A stretch of 16,609 bases of DNA from Promethearchaeota archaeon (GTDB lineage: Archaea; Asgardarchaeota; Lokiarchaeia; Sigyniarchaeales; SOKP01). A program made the position numbers and the translations under genes. The DNA lies in NCBI GenBank assembly GCA_048938445.1, contig JBHLME010000088.1, forward strand, positions 2,162-18,770, read 5' to 3'. The notes under the pieces are model-generated. The model had not been told where the DNA came from. It saw nothing but the letters and a program-made list of their open reading frames with translations, and did no database searches. This document shows, piece after piece, positions 16,333-16,609 of the stretch. Positions within the stretch are counted from its first letter, which is position 1. Each line of letters opens with the position of its first letter.

Positions 16333-16609
16333 ATGCTATTTATTTCATATTGGGAACTTAATCCAGATTTTGATCCTACAGAATTAGCTGATATGGCGCA
16401 AACGATATTGAATAAGAAATTATGGCCAGTAGAAGGCACTAAAGAAATAGGATGGTATATCAGTACTGGAGATTTATGGGGCATAAATATATTAGAAGCT
16501 GAAAATGAAGAACAAATGACAAGGACTGCAAATATGTGGAGAATAGCTAAACCAGGTGTTTTCAAGTTAATTAAAACGACACCAGCAATGGAATTAGTTA
16601 AAATGCTCC
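16333..16609 (+). CDS. 3'-truncated DUF3303/GYD-like small ferredoxin-fold protein
   Basis: Open from ATG 16333 to the window end: MLFISYWELNPDFDPTELADMAQTILNKKLWPVEGTKEIGWYISTGDLWGINILEAENEEQMTRTANMWRIAKPGVFKLIKTTPAMELVKML. The MLF..W, P.EG.K..GW, G...EA and terminal TP pattern fits, and there is a good SD. Confidence 0.75.
   Translation, partial: MLFISYWELNPDFDPTELADMAQTILNKKLWPVEGTKEIGWYISTGDLWGINILEAENEEQMTRTANMWRIAKPGVFKLIKTTPAMELVKML

Noticed and set aside
16329-16565. Minus-strand 78-aa track ORF
   Set aside because: It is antisense to the + strand ORF from 16333, which has an SD and DUF3303-like motifs.
1-16609. CRISPR arrays, tRNA/rRNA genes, IS elements, integrases and defence genes
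   Set aside because: I saw no regularly spaced repeats, GC-rich structured RNA segments, or transposase/recombinase motifs. An Infernal or tRNAscan run would be needed to exclude small RNAs.

Overview
A strongly AT-rich, gene-dense archaeal window. The GAGGTG(AT)-type ribosome-binding sites, the two-subunit class I fumarase, the AOR, the soluble PAS histidine kinase and two longin-like proteins together point to an Asgard archaeon, probably Lokiarchaeia; this taxonomy is inferred, not tested. From left to right the window holds: two tandem membrane-anchored zinc-ribbon/RING-like paralogues (the first is 5'-truncated and carries an extracellular beta-helix), an MBL-fold hydrolase, a PAS-PAS histidine kinase, a glycerophosphodiester phosphodiesterase, a DedA/TVP38 protein, an Fe-ADH + AOR operon, class I fumarase alpha and beta subunits, an EamA transporter, two small ORFs, a three-gene operon, and a 3'-truncated DUF3303-like gene behind a 29-bp palindrome. 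The beta subunit appears to start at a non-canonical ATA codon that the ORF track missed. The best candidate for an undescribed system is the operon at 12473-15948. It encodes an MFS-like membrane protein fused to a C-terminal longin-like domain, a longin/uDENN + two winged-helix protein resembling NPRL2 (GATOR1), and a GNAT acetyltransferase. This could be a transceptor-linked small-GTPase regulatory module. No RNA genes, CRISPR arrays or mobile elements were seen. All family calls come from motif recognition by eye; no searches were run.
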